A DNA stretch of 31,453 bases from Desulfuromonadales bacterium (GTDB lineage Bacteria > Desulfobacterota > Desulfuromonadia > Desulfuromonadales > SZUA-540): contig JAWSUS010000028.1 in assembly GCA_033549025.1 (NCBI GenBank), forward strand, positions 1 to 31,453, in the 5' to 3' direction. The notes beneath the pieces are model-generated. The model ran no database searches. It was given only the letters and a program-made list of their open reading frames with translations, and was not told the DNA's origin. Numbering within the stretch: position 1 is the stretch's first letter; each line of letters starts with the position of its first letter. A program made the position numbers and the translations under genes. Of this stretch, positions 7,760-16,755 are shown piece after piece.

Positions 7760-10263
7760 TGTCCACCTCCCTGCCTGTCGACAGCCTGCTGCCGGACCTG
7801 CGTCGGACCCTGCGTGACGCCGGGGCCGTGGTGCTGCAAGCCGCCCCCGGCGCCGGCAAGACCACCCGTGTGCCGCTGGCCCTGCTCGACGAACCCTGGC
7901 TGCAGGGGCGCCGCATCCTGATGCTCGAACCGCGGCGGCTGGCGGCAACCAACGCTGCTCGCTACATGGCTTCCCGTCTGGGGGAAGAGGTGGGGGAGAC
8001 GGTGGGCTACACCATCCGCTTCGACCACAAGGTTTCCGCCTTGACCCGTATCGAGGTCGTCACCGAAGGCATTCTGACCCGCCGACTGCAGACCGATCCC
8101 CTGCTGGAGGGGGTGGGGCTGGTCATCTTTGACGAATTCCATGAACGCAACCTCCATTCCGATCTGGCGCTGGCGCTGTGCCGCGACGCCCAGACGGGCC
8201 TGCGCGAAGACCTGAAGCTGCTGGTCATGTCTGCCACCCTCGATGCCGGGCCGGTGGCCGAGCTCCTTGGCGGGGCGCCGCTGCTGAGCAGCGAGGGGCG
8301 CAGTTATCCGGTGGAGGTGCGTTATCTGCCCCAGGCGCCCCAGGGGGCCGTGGCCGATTACACGGCGGTGGCCGTGCGGCGGGTCCTGAGCGAAACGACA
8401 GGGGATATCCTCGTCTTTCTGCCCGGGGCCAGAGAGATCCGCCGTTGTCAGCAGCGCCTGGAGAGTGATGGGGGGCAGCCCGTCGAGGTTTGTCCCCTCT
8501 ATGCCGGGCTGCCCTTTGCCGCCCAGGAAAAAGCCATTCTCCCCGGAAAGAAGCGACGGGTGGTGCTGGCCACCAACATCGCCGAGACCAGCCTGACCAT
8601 CGAAGGTGTACGCGTGGTGGTGGACAGCGGTCTGGAGCGTCGTCCCCGTTTCGATGCCGCCGCCGGGGTCTCCCGTCTCGAGACGGTGAACATCTCGGCG
8701 GCCAGCGCTACGCAGCGGGCAGGCCGGGCCGGGCGCCTGGCGCCGGGTGCCTGCTACCGGCTGTGGACCGAAGCCGCCCAGGGCAGTCTGCTGCCTTTCG
8801 CTCCTCCGGAGATCCGCGTGGCCGACCTTTTGGGGCTGGCCTTGGAGTTGGCCCTGTGGGGGGTGCCCGATCCCGGACAGCTGGCCTGGCTGGATCCGCC
8901 TCCCGCCGGGGCGCTCACGGCCGCCCGCGAGCTGCTGGCGGAGCTGGGGGCGCTGGATGACAAAGGACGGGTGACGGAGGAAGGTAAACGCCTGGCCCGC
9001 TTCCCCGTCGAGGTACGCCTGGCCCGGTTGCTGCTGACCGGTGAAAAGCTGGGTGTCTGGCCGCTGGCCTGCGATCTGGCCGCCTTGCTTTCCGAGCGCG
9101 ACCTGCTGGCAGCGATTCCCGGCGCGGCCGTCGCCAGCGACAGCGATTTGATCGATCGGCTTGAGGTGCTGGCGCGCTGGCGGCGACATCCTCGTTCTGA
9201 GGTCATCGCTGACCGTGCCGGGGCCGCCGTCGAACGGACCGCCCGGCAGCTGCGGCGGTTGGGGCCGAAGAGTGGTGATGAGTCGCCGGATCTGGAGACG
9301 GTAGGGCGCTTGCTGGCCGCCGCTTTTCCCGACCGTATCGCCTGCGAACGGGAAGGGGGAGGCGGCCGTTACCTGCTGGCCAACGGCCAGGGCGCGCGCT
9401 TGTCGCCGCGCAGCCGCGTGCACGGACAACGCTGGCTGGTGGCCGTAGAGGTGAGGGCAGGGAATCAGGGGGAAGGAGAAATTCATCTGGCCAGTGCCCT
9501 GCCGGAAAGCATCGTCGAGGATGATTTTCGGGCGAAGCTTCCCTGGCAGCGGCGGGTGGCGTGGGACAGCCGCCAGCAGCGGGTGCAAGCCGTCGAGGAG
9601 CAACGCCTGGGCGCCCTGGTACTGGGCTCGCGGGCGATCAATCCTTCGGAAGAAGAATGGGGCGGGGCGGTACTGGACGGTGTCCGCCAGCTGGGGCTGG
9701 ACTGCCTCTCCTGGTCGGCGGCCGACCGGCAGTTCGCGGCCCGGGTCCGTTTGCTGGCGAGGGTCTTTCCGGAAGAAGGCTGGCCCGCCATGGAAGAAGA
9801 GAAGCTGCTCGCCTCTCTGGAAACCTGGCTGGCTCCCTGGCTGGGAAAGGTTCGCACCCGGGCCGATCTGGCCCGGGTCGATGTGGGGGCGGCCTTGGCG
9901 GCCCGGCTCGATTGGCCTCGGCGGCAGCGTCTGGATCAGCTGGCGCCGACTCACCTGGAGGTGCCGAGCGGGTCGCGGCTGGCTATTGATTATGTCGGCG
10001 GTGACCAGCCCGTGCTCCCCGTCAAGCTGCAGGAACTCTTCGGGCTGGCCGAAACACCCCGCCTTGCCGGCGGGCGGGTGCCCCTGCTGCTGCACCTGCT
10101 GTCACCGGCCCGGCGGCCGATTCAGGTAACGACCGATTTGAAAAATTTCTGGGACAACGTCTATCCCGAGGTCAAAAAAGAGCTCAAGGGACGTTATCCC
10201 AAGCATCCCTGGCCCGACGATCCCTGGACGGCCGTTCCGACCCGCCATACGCGTCGACGCTGA
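7759..10263 (+). CDS. hrpB: ATP-dependent DEAH/RHA-box RNA helicase HrpB
   Basis: APGAGKTT, EPRRLAA, DEFHER, MSAT, ATNIAETSLTI and QRAGRAGR motifs, plus HrpB C-terminus ELKGRYPKHPWP. TGATG overlap with the upstream gene. Confidence 0.95.
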   Translation: MSTSLPVDSLLPDLRRTLRDAGAVVLQAAPGAGKTTRVPLALLDEPWLQGRRILMLEPRRLAATNAARYMASRLGEEVGETVGYTIRFDHKVSALTRIEVVTEGILTRRLQTDPLLEGVGLVIFDEFHERNLHSDLALALCRDAQTGLREDLKLLVMSATLDAGPVAELLGGAPLLSSEGRSYPVEVRYLPQAPQGAVADYTAVAVRRVLSETTGDILVFLPGAREIRRCQQRLESDGGQPVEVCPLYAGLPFAAQEKAILPGKKRRVVLATNIAETSLTIEGVRVVVDSGLERRPRFDAAAGVSRLETVNISAASATQRAGRAGRLAPGACYRLWTEAAQGSLLPFAPPEIRVADLLGLALELALWGVPDPGQLAWLDPPPAGALTAARELLAELGALDDKGRVTEEGKRLARFPVEVRLARLLLTGEKLGVWPLACDLAALLSERDLLAAIPGAAVASDSDLIDRLEVLARWRRHPRSEVIADRAGAAVERTARQLRRLGPKSGDESPDLETVGRLLAAAFPDRIACEREGGGGRYLLANGQGARLSPRSRVHGQRWLVAVEVRAGNQGEGEIHLASALPESIVEDDFRAKLPWQRRVAWDSRQQRVQAVEEQRLGALVLGSRAINPSEEEWGGAVLDGVRQLGLDCLSWSAADRQFAARVRLLARVFPEEGWPAMEEEKLLASLETWLAPWLGKVRTRADLARVDVGAALAARLDWPRRQRLDQLAPTHLEVPSGSRLAIDYVGGDQPVLPVKLQELFGLAETPRLAGGRVPLLLHLLSPARRPIQVTTDLKNFWDNVYPEVKKELKGRYPKHPWPDDPWTAVPTRHTRRR

Positions 10264-10272
10264 CCTGTCGGC

Positions 10273-13227
10273 TCAGACCCTCTCGATGGGGAAGGCGGCC
10301 TCGCCCAGCTCGGCGTTGGCCTTCTGCAGTTGCTCTTCCCAGGAAACCACCGCCACGGAACTACCCTGCCATCCCTGCTTCAGGTAGGTCTCGGCCACCC
10401 TTTGCAGGGCCTTTCGGTTGACGGCCAGCAGGCGCTGGCGAAAGGTCTGGCGCATGGCCAGGGTCAAACCCTGCATCTGGTGGTTGAATTCCCGTGACGC
10501 TTTGCCGCTGGGGGAGAGGGGGCGATCCAGGTCGCTGAAGGAGGCGAGGATGGCTTCCTTGATCTCCTCGTCGGCAAACTGTCCCGCTACGGCCCAGTCT
10601 ACAGCCTGCTCGTACACCTTGAGCGTACGGGTTAGCTGCGGGTCGCGGTAGGAGAGCATGGAGAAAAGGCCGGCTTCCGGGTCGGCACCGGCCAGGCCGC
10701 CATAGGCGCCGCCTTTTTCACGGATCTCCCGGTGCAGAAAGTTGGCCCGCAGCAGCTTGGCCAGCACCATCAGCGGCGCGGCGTCGGCCTGCGTGTAGAT
10801 TCCCGTGCGGAAAATCCGGGCCACATAGGAGACGGGGACGGCGGCCGCACAGCCTTTGCGTACGCTGGTGGGGCTGAAAGCGTCTCGGGTCGCGGGAGTC
10901 GCCGGGGCCTTGTTCAGGCTCTGCAGAAAAGCGGCGAGGGCCGGACGAACGGAGTCGAAAACATCCCCCTCAGCGGTCAGGGCGCAGCGCATCCCTTCAT
11001 TTCCCAGAAGAAGCCCGGCCAGCGTCTGCATTTTTGCAGCCAGGTCGGACAGCTCTGACGGTTTCTTCGCGGCGATCTCCTTGATGAAGCGGATCTGGCT
11101 GATGCCGGTCCATTCTTCCCGCAACTTCCCGCCCGCAGTGAGCTGACTGGCGGCCAGGCGAGCGGCGTAGGTATGACCGGAGCCCGGGATGGAATTCTCC
11201 ATGGAGGTCTTGATCTGGTTGATGACCGTGTGCAGTCGGGTCAGGTCGGAAAAATCCGGCGCGGTAAAGAGATCGGTGAGGATGGCGAACATCTTGTCCT
11301 GATTGCGTCGCAAGGCTTTGCCGCGCACAGTGACGATTGTACGAGGCGCATCCATGGCCTCCGGGCTCTCGAGAATGCTCGCGGAGGCACGAATTCCCCC
11401 CGTGGCCGCCGACATCCGTTCGGCCATCTCCAGATAGCTCAGGCCGGCCGCGCCGATCTGGGGCAGCAGGGCGCAGAAGAGGGGAACGAAAGTCCGCAGA
11501 TCGGCAGGGATGTGGGCGGCCTCCGATTGGGCCGAAAAGTAGACGATCCCGTTGGTTGGCTGGTCGAACCAGCTGAGCGCCACCCTCTCGACCTTTTCCT
11601 CGCGTGAAGGAACGGGGCTCTCCTCGGCCGGAATGTCGCTGAGCTCCAGCGTCGGCAGGACGGAAAGATCTTCTTCCATCTCCTGCGCCTCTTGCAGTTC
11701 CTGGGCCTGCTCGACGATCTGCTGCTTCTGCTCGGGGGTAAGACGGGCGGCGAGAGCCTGGAGATTGTCGGCGACCTCCTTATCTTCCCGCACCTTGCGC
11801 TCCGGGTCGGGTTTCAGCGTCAGGGTGACCCGATGGGGGTTGTCGAGAAGATAGCGACGGATCAGATTCTGGAAAAACGGTCCGGCGGCTACCTCGGCCC
11901 GCAGGCGGTCGAGATCGCGGGTCAGCAGCAGCGGCGTGACCGGGTCGCCGCTATGGATCCAAGGGCCGAGCAGGCGCATGAGCAGCAGCAGGGCGTAGGG
12001 ATACTGGTCTCCCGTCACCTCCCTATGGGCAAACTCCAGTTGATGGATGGCCGCCTCGATGCGCTCTGCCGGAAAACCCTTGTCGGCGGCCTCCTGTAAG
12101 GTTTCGAGGATGAGGGCTTCAATCTTGTCCGTGTGCTCCGGGTCTGTTCCCTGCAGGCCGACGGCGAAAAACGTCTCCCGGTTGTCGTCGTGATAGCCGG
12201 TGACGGGAGACAGATTCTGCCCCAGCTTCGATTCGATCAGCGCCTTGTACAGGGGGGCGGCCGGGTTGCCCAGCAGCAGGGTGGACAGTACCTGCAGGGC
12301 GACGCGGTTGAAGTTGTCGGCGGCTGGGCAGGTAAGCCAGGCCGTTTGCACCAGGGTGCGGTTTTCCAGGGGCTCGCCCGGGTCGGCCGGAAAGGTCTCG
12401 GTGAGCTTTTTGGGCTGCTCGAAGCGCACCTCATCCGGTACGGCGGTGTCAAGAGGCTTGGCCTCAAAGTGCCGCAGGGCGAGGTTTTCTATGGTCTCCA
12501 GATGCTTCTCCAGGGGGAGGTGCCCATAGGTGAAGAAATAGGCGTTGGCGGGATGATAGTAGGTGGCGTGGAATTCCCGCAGCTCTTCCCAGGTCAGATT
12601 GGGGATATCCGAGGGTTCGCCGCCGGAGTTCTTGCCGTAGGTGGTGGTCGGGTACAGGGCACCGCTCAAGCGTCGATGGCTGAGCGACGAGGGGTCGGCC
12701 ATCGCCCCTTTCATCTCATTGTAGACCACGCCCTTGTATTCGAGGGGCGATTCGGGGTTGTCCATCTCCTGGAATTCCAGGCGATGCCCTTCCTGCCTGA
12801 AGTCCCGTTCGAGCAGCCGGGGAAAAAAGGCGGCATCGAGGTAGATGGCCATGAGGTTGTAGAAATCTTTCTCGTTCTGGCTGGCGAAGGGATAGAGGGT
12901 CCAGTCGCTGGAGGTCAGCGCGTTCATGAAGGTGTTCAGGCTGCGCTTGAGCATGCTGAAAAAGGGATCCCGCACCGGAAAGTTCTTGGACCCGCACAGC
13001 ACCGTGTGCTCTAGAATGTGGGCGACACCTGTGGAGTCCATGGGGGTGGTGTGAAAGCCGACACCGAAAAGATTGTTATCGTCTTCGGTCTCCATGTGGA
13101 CCATGCGGGCGCCGGTCCTGTCGTGGCGCAACTGGATGAGACGCGCGTTGAGTTCTGGCAGCGGCGTCATATCGAGCAGGGTGAAGCCGTGAAGTTTCTG
13201 CCCTGGCTGAAGGCTCTGTTCGGACAT
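10273..13227 (-). CDS. M16C insulinase-family metalloprotease (presequence protease PreP/Cym1-like)
   Basis: GVAHILEHTVLCGS (HxxEH), RDPFFSMLKRSLNTFMNALT, GVVYNEMKG, IREKGGAYG and SYRDP motifs; SD AGGAGG. Confidence 0.93.
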   Translation of the reverse strand: MSEQSLQPGQKLHGFTLLDMTPLPELNARLIQLRHDRTGARMVHMETEDDNNLFGVGFHTTPMDSTGVAHILEHTVLCGSKNFPVRDPFFSMLKRSLNTFMNALTSSDWTLYPFASQNEKDFYNLMAIYLDAAFFPRLLERDFRQEGHRLEFQEMDNPESPLEYKGVVYNEMKGAMADPSSLSHRRLSGALYPTTTYGKNSGGEPSDIPNLTWEELREFHATYYHPANAYFFTYGHLPLEKHLETIENLALRHFEAKPLDTAVPDEVRFEQPKKLTETFPADPGEPLENRTLVQTAWLTCPAADNFNRVALQVLSTLLLGNPAAPLYKALIESKLGQNLSPVTGYHDDNRETFFAVGLQGTDPEHTDKIEALILETLQEAADKGFPAERIEAAIHQLEFAHREVTGDQYPYALLLLMRLLGPWIHSGDPVTPLLLTRDLDRLRAEVAAGPFFQNLIRRYLLDNPHRVTLTLKPDPERKVREDKEVADNLQALAARLTPEQKQQIVEQAQELQEAQEMEEDLSVLPTLELSDIPAEESPVPSREEKVERVALSWFDQPTNGIVYFSAQSEAAHIPADLRTFVPLFCALLPQIGAAGLSYLEMAERMSAATGGIRASASILESPEAMDAPRTIVTVRGKALRRNQDKMFAILTDLFTAPDFSDLTRLHTVINQIKTSMENSIPGSGHTYAARLAASQLTAGGKLREEWTGISQIRFIKEIAAKKPSELSDLAAKMQTLAGLLLGNEGMRCALTAEGDVFDSVRPALAAFLQSLNKAPATPATRDAFSPTSVRKGCAAAVPVSYVARIFRTGIYTQADAAPLMVLAKLLRANFLHREIREKGGAYGGLAGADPEAGLFSMLSYRDPQLTRTLKVYEQAVDWAVAGQFADEEIKEAILASFSDLDRPLSPSGKASREFNHQMQGLTLAMRQTFRQRLLAVNRKALQRVAETYLKQGWQGSSVAVVSWEEQLQKANAELGEAAFPIERV

Positions 13228-13346
13228 GATGTTACCTCCTGGAAAAAGCGTGAATCCTGAAAGTCTAGCGCAGCTTTGCTGGATGTCCTAGGAAAAATGC
13301 CGGCGGAAAATCGGGGTGAGGCGAGGCGGGGTCAAGCTGAATCGGC

Positions 13347-13380
13347 AAAAAAAAACTCCACGACGGATCGTGGAGTTTTT
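13347..13380 (-). terminator. Intrinsic terminator after csp (potentially bidirectional)
   Basis: AAAAACTCCACGA-cgga-TCGTGGAGTTTTT perfect stem with a long U-tract on the minus strand. Confidence 0.85.
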
Positions 13381-13399
13381 GGTTGTGTCAAAGTCTGGA

Positions 13400-13600
13400 T
13401 TAGACCTTTACGACATTAGCTGCCTGGGGGCCCTTCTGGCCCTGAACAACTTCAAAGGTTACCCGGTCGCCTTCGGCCAGGGATTTGAACCCTTCGGACT
13501 GGATAGAAGAGAAGTGAACAAATACATCGGGTCCATTGTCCTGCTCGATGAAACCGAAACCCTTAGCGTCGTTGAACCATTTTACAGTACCTTCAGCCAT
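13400..13600 (-). CDS. csp: Cold-shock protein (CspA family, 66 aa)
   Basis: [18 protein letters not shown] (RNP1)...DVFVHFS (RNP2)...GPQAANV; SD AAGGAG. Confidence 0.97.
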   Translation of the reverse strand: MAEGTVKWFNDAKGFGFIEQDNGPDVFVHFSSIQSEGFKSLAEGDRVTFEVVQGQKGPQAANVVKV

Positions 13601-13667
13601 TTCTTTTTGCTCCTTTGTTCCAGATCTGGGACCAGTTTTCGTGTGCCGGGTTGCGCTGACCGCCATC

Positions 13668-13704
13668 AAAAAAACCGCTCAGACCTTATGGTCTGTGCGG
13701 TTTT
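13668..13704 (-). terminator. Terminator-like hairpin upstream of csp (possible attenuator in the 5' UTR)
   Basis: Minus strand: CCGC-A-CAGACC-ataa-GGTCTG-A-GCGG-TTTTTTT, ending about 67 nt before the csp ATG. Confidence 0.6.
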
Positions 13705-14004
13705 GGGAGAACAGCTGACAGCCAGAACGGACTCGAACACACTAGCTAAAAAATTTGCCTAAATCTATTATCATGCACCCTGACTAAAAGCAAGAAAAAA
13801 TTTTGGGGAATCCTGAATGAAAGCCAATGGATAGAAGCCTAATCATTTGGCTCTGTGCTGTGGATGTTTTGGCGAGGGGTGTTTCTAATGTTGGGGCGGG
13901 GGATGGGTTTTTTGGATGCCTGGACGAAAAAAATTCAATAGGGTAAGGGTTTACAGGTCGGTCAGGGTATTAAAAATAAAAATAGAAAAATGTTTTAAAA
14001 GTGC

Positions 14005-14033
14005 TTGACGTGAACGTAAGGAGGCGGTATATG
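14005..14033 (+). promoter_or_regulatory. Candidate sigma70 promoter upstream of fadL
   Basis: TTGACG-N17-TATATG preceded by an A-rich UP-like tract. Confidence 0.45.
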
Positions 14034-14261
14034 TCCAGATAAACGCAAGAAAAAACGTGGAAGAGTCCCTTCCTGGGTTTTGCATTAAATGAAAAATGAT
14101 TTTTAGGAAAATCCTAAAGGTAGAATAATGTTCTAAATTCATTGATTTGTTAAGCGCTCTGACGTATAAAATGACCCTGTGTTGAGCTGGGTGTTTCTGC
14201 CACATCAAAGTTCTTCCCAACCTGCATTGAACGCTGTCCATGGTATCTGAAAGGAGAATGT

Positions 14262-15686
14262 ATGAAGCATTTTATCCGTTGGTTTTTTGCTGTTTCCCTG
14301 GTTCTGGCCTTGGCCAGCCCCGCCTTCTCGGCCGGATTCGCCCTGATCGAACAGAGCGTCGGCGGTCTGGGTAACGCCTTCGCTGGCGCCGCCGCCACCG
14401 GTGAAGACGCCAGCACCATCTTTTTCAACCCGGCGGCTCTGACTCTGCTCGAAGGGCAGCAGGTAGTAGCCGGCGCGCATGTGATCGCGCCTTCCGCCAA
14501 GTTCAGCAAGGAAAGTGCTAGCAATGCTCTCGGGTTGCCTATTTCTGGTGGGAACAGTGGGGATGCGGGAGTGGTTGGCGTGGCACCGAACCTCTATTAC
14601 GCCGCCAACCTGAACAATGGCTGGTCGGTTGGTCTAGGCATCTTCGCCCCCTTCGGACTGGCCACTGAGTACGATAAAGACTGGGTCGGTCGCTACCACG
14701 CAGTAGAGTCGGATGTGATGACGATCAATATTAACCCCACGGTGGCTTATCGGGTGAATGAGAACCTCAGCCTCGGTGCCGGGGTGAGCGCCCAGTATAT
14801 TGATGTCACGCTCAGCCAGATGGTGGATTTCGGGTTGAGTGCTTATTCTCAACTTGCAACGGCTGCTCAACAAGCGGCAGCGCTTGGTGATGCGGCTACT
14901 GCCGCAACTCTGTTGGCACAGGCTAATGCCCTTTACGATAATGGTGTGATTTCCAACACAAATGCCGACATTTATGCTGATCTAACAGCTGATGACTGGG
15001 GTTATGGTTTCAATCTGGGTGCTCTTTATGAGTTCAATGAAAATACGCGGGTAGGTGTAGCTTACCGGTCTCGAATCAAGCATACCGTTAAAGGTGATGC
15101 TGTTTTCACCCAGCAAAATCCGACCTATCTGGCAGCTATTGGCTTGGATGCGGCAGCTACGGCTAGTTTCCCCAACCAGGGCGTGAAGGGGGATATCACC
15201 CTGCCGGCCAGTGCTTCTTTGAGTGCTTACCATCGTATCAATCCCCAATGGGCGGTCATGGCCGACATCATGTGGACGGAGTGGAGCACCTTTGACAAGT
15301 TGGTTATTGAGTTCGACGGGGCCCTTCCCGACTCGGTCACCACCGAAAATTGGGATGACAACTGGCGCTATTCCGTTGGCGCTAATTATACCCCCAATGA
15401 TCGTCTTGTTCTGCGCGGTGGTCTGGCCTACGATGAGACGCCTATCCCCGATGCCAAACATCGCACCCCGCGTATCCCTGGTGAGGATCGCTTCTGGGTT
15501 GCATTCGGTGCAGGCTACAAGCTCACCAAACAGATGAATCTCGATTTCGGCTACGCCCACCTCTTCGTGCAGGATTCCAAGATCGATAAGGAAGCGGTTG
15601 GAGAGGATCAGCCCCGAGGAGAGCTGGTTGGCGAATACGAAAACTCCGTCGATATCATCAGCGCTCAGTTGAGCTACAGCTTCTAA
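14262..15686 (+). CDS. fadL: FadL/OmpP1/TodX family outer-membrane transporter
   Basis: Signal peptide, mature N-terminus AGFALIEQSVGGLGNAFAG...DASTIFFNPAAL (NPA hatch motif), APFGLATEY, RTPRIP and C-terminal YSF. Confidence 0.92.
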   Translation: MKHFIRWFFAVSLVLALASPAFSAGFALIEQSVGGLGNAFAGAAATGEDASTIFFNPAALTLLEGQQVVAGAHVIAPSAKFSKESASNALGLPISGGNSGDAGVVGVAPNLYYAANLNNGWSVGLGIFAPFGLATEYDKDWVGRYHAVESDVMTININPTVAYRVNENLSLGAGVSAQYIDVTLSQMVDFGLSAYSQLATAAQQAAALGDAATAATLLAQANALYDNGVISNTNADIYADLTADDWGYGFNLGALYEFNENTRVGVAYRSRIKHTVKGDAVFTQQNPTYLAAIGLDAAATASFPNQGVKGDITLPASASLSAYHRINPQWAVMADIMWTEWSTFDKLVIEFDGALPDSVTTENWDDNWRYSVGANYTPNDRLVLRGGLAYDETPIPDAKHRTPRIPGEDRFWVAFGAGYKLTKQMNLDFGYAHLFVQDSKIDKEAVGEDQPRGELVGEYENSVDIISAQLSYSF

Positions 15687-15712
15687 AAATCAAACAGAAG
15701 ATTGCCCAAAAG

Positions 15713-15749
15713 AAAGAGGCGGTTCCCACTTAAGGGGACCGCCTCTTTT
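15713..15749. terminator. Bidirectional intrinsic terminator between convergent fadL and the ferritin-like gene
   Basis: AAAGAGGCGGTTCCC-acttaa-GGGGACCGCCTCTTTT. Confidence 0.85.
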
Positions 15750-15775
15750 GGTGTGAATCTATTTAACTGTCGACG

Positions 15776-16243
15776 TTAAGCGGGCAGGCCGAAGATGTCG
15801 GCGTAGTCGTCGCGGATGACTTCAAAGTGGTGGTGGGTCGAATTAGCATTTGCCAGGTAGATGGCCTTGACTTCCGGGTCGGTCATCTGTTCGGCCACTT
15901 CCCGCAGGTGCTTCTCCAGGGCTTCTTCTTCGTCGAGGGCCAGTTCCATCGCCTTACGCTCGTCGAAGTCGCCCATCATGATTTTCTGGAGGGCTTTCCA
16001 CCAGGAGGACTCCGTGTCGGGGGGAGACTGAATGAACTCATCGAAAGAGGGGATGTCGCCGCCTTTGTAGATGTTGTAGAAAGAATGAGCGTGCTGGGCT
16101 TCTTCGCGGGCCAGCAGTTCAAAGGTCTTTTTGGCTTTTTCGTCGCTCATTTTTTCGGCGCCGTATTTGTAGAAGTCCATGGCATCCTTCTCGGTCTGCA
16201 TGGCCTCCTTGATCGCTTTCTGCACGTTGATTTTCTGAGTCAT
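15776..16243 (-). CDS. Rubrerythrin/ferritin-like diiron family protein
   Basis: AIKEAMQTEKDAMDFY...FELLAREEAQH (ExxH), with second half ALDEEEALEKH...NSTHHH. Confidence 0.85.
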   Translation of the reverse strand: MTQKINVQKAIKEAMQTEKDAMDFYKYGAEKMSDEKAKKTFELLAREEAQHAHSFYNIYKGGDIPSFDEFIQSPPDTESSWWKALQKIMMGDFDERKAMELALDEEEALEKHLREVAEQMTDPEVKAIYLANANSTHHHFEVIRDDYADIFGLPA

Positions 16244-16334
16244 GGCAATCCTCTCTCTGAAATGAATGGAAAGTGTCTTTAAAATCTAACACAAATTGAA
16301 TGATGTGAAGGCTGTTGGGGCTTTCGCCGGCGGT

Positions 16335-16365
16335 ATATTAACATTCTCTGTCGGGGCCTTGTCAA
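16335..16365 (-). promoter_or_regulatory. Candidate sigma70 promoter for the ferritin-like gene
   Basis: Minus strand TTGACA-N17-GTTAAT, overlapping TG-n-TAATAT. Confidence 0.5.
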
Positions 16366-16477
16366 AGTTTTTTCGTCTTTTCCCGGCAAAAGGCGGGCTT
16401 TTTGTTCCCCCGTTCGGTGGCCAGGCGCTGCGTGCTTTTTCCACCCCCGTCGATTGGTCTTTAACGGCGTTTTTTTT

Positions 16478-16523
16478 TTGCATTTTTTTCAAACGACGTT
16501 TAGTATACTGCGTGCTGTATACC
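16478..16523 (+). promoter_or_regulatory. frdCAB sigma70 promoter with overlapping GTATAC repeats (candidate repressor operator)
   Basis: TTGCAT-N17-TAGTAT, with GTATAC at 16503-16508 and 16517-16522. Confidence 0.6.
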
Positions 16524-16755
16524 GGAGAGAGATCCTCGTCATGAGGAGTCCACTTGTTCTGGAGCCTTTGCGCTCGCTCATTTTTTTATTGAATCAGGAA
16601 GGGGTAAACACATGCAGATCTTTACCAAGTGGCGGGGGCCCCCAGGGCCGGAACAATTCGCAGGGTGCGAGAAACATCGGCATCTTCTTCTTCCCTTCGA
16701 TGGGAGTGTCATTCATCCTTATTGCTCTTGAATATCTTTCCAAGGGAAAATAATT

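Noticed and set aside
7678..10095. 805-aa minus-strand ORF
   Set aside because: It is the antisense shadow of hrpB and has no domain signature.
16300..16345. GGC-GAAA-GCC tetraloop on the minus strand suggestive of a GEMM (c-di-GMP/cGAMP) riboswitch
   Set aside because: It lacks the rest of the GEMM consensus (second hairpin and tetraloop receptor).
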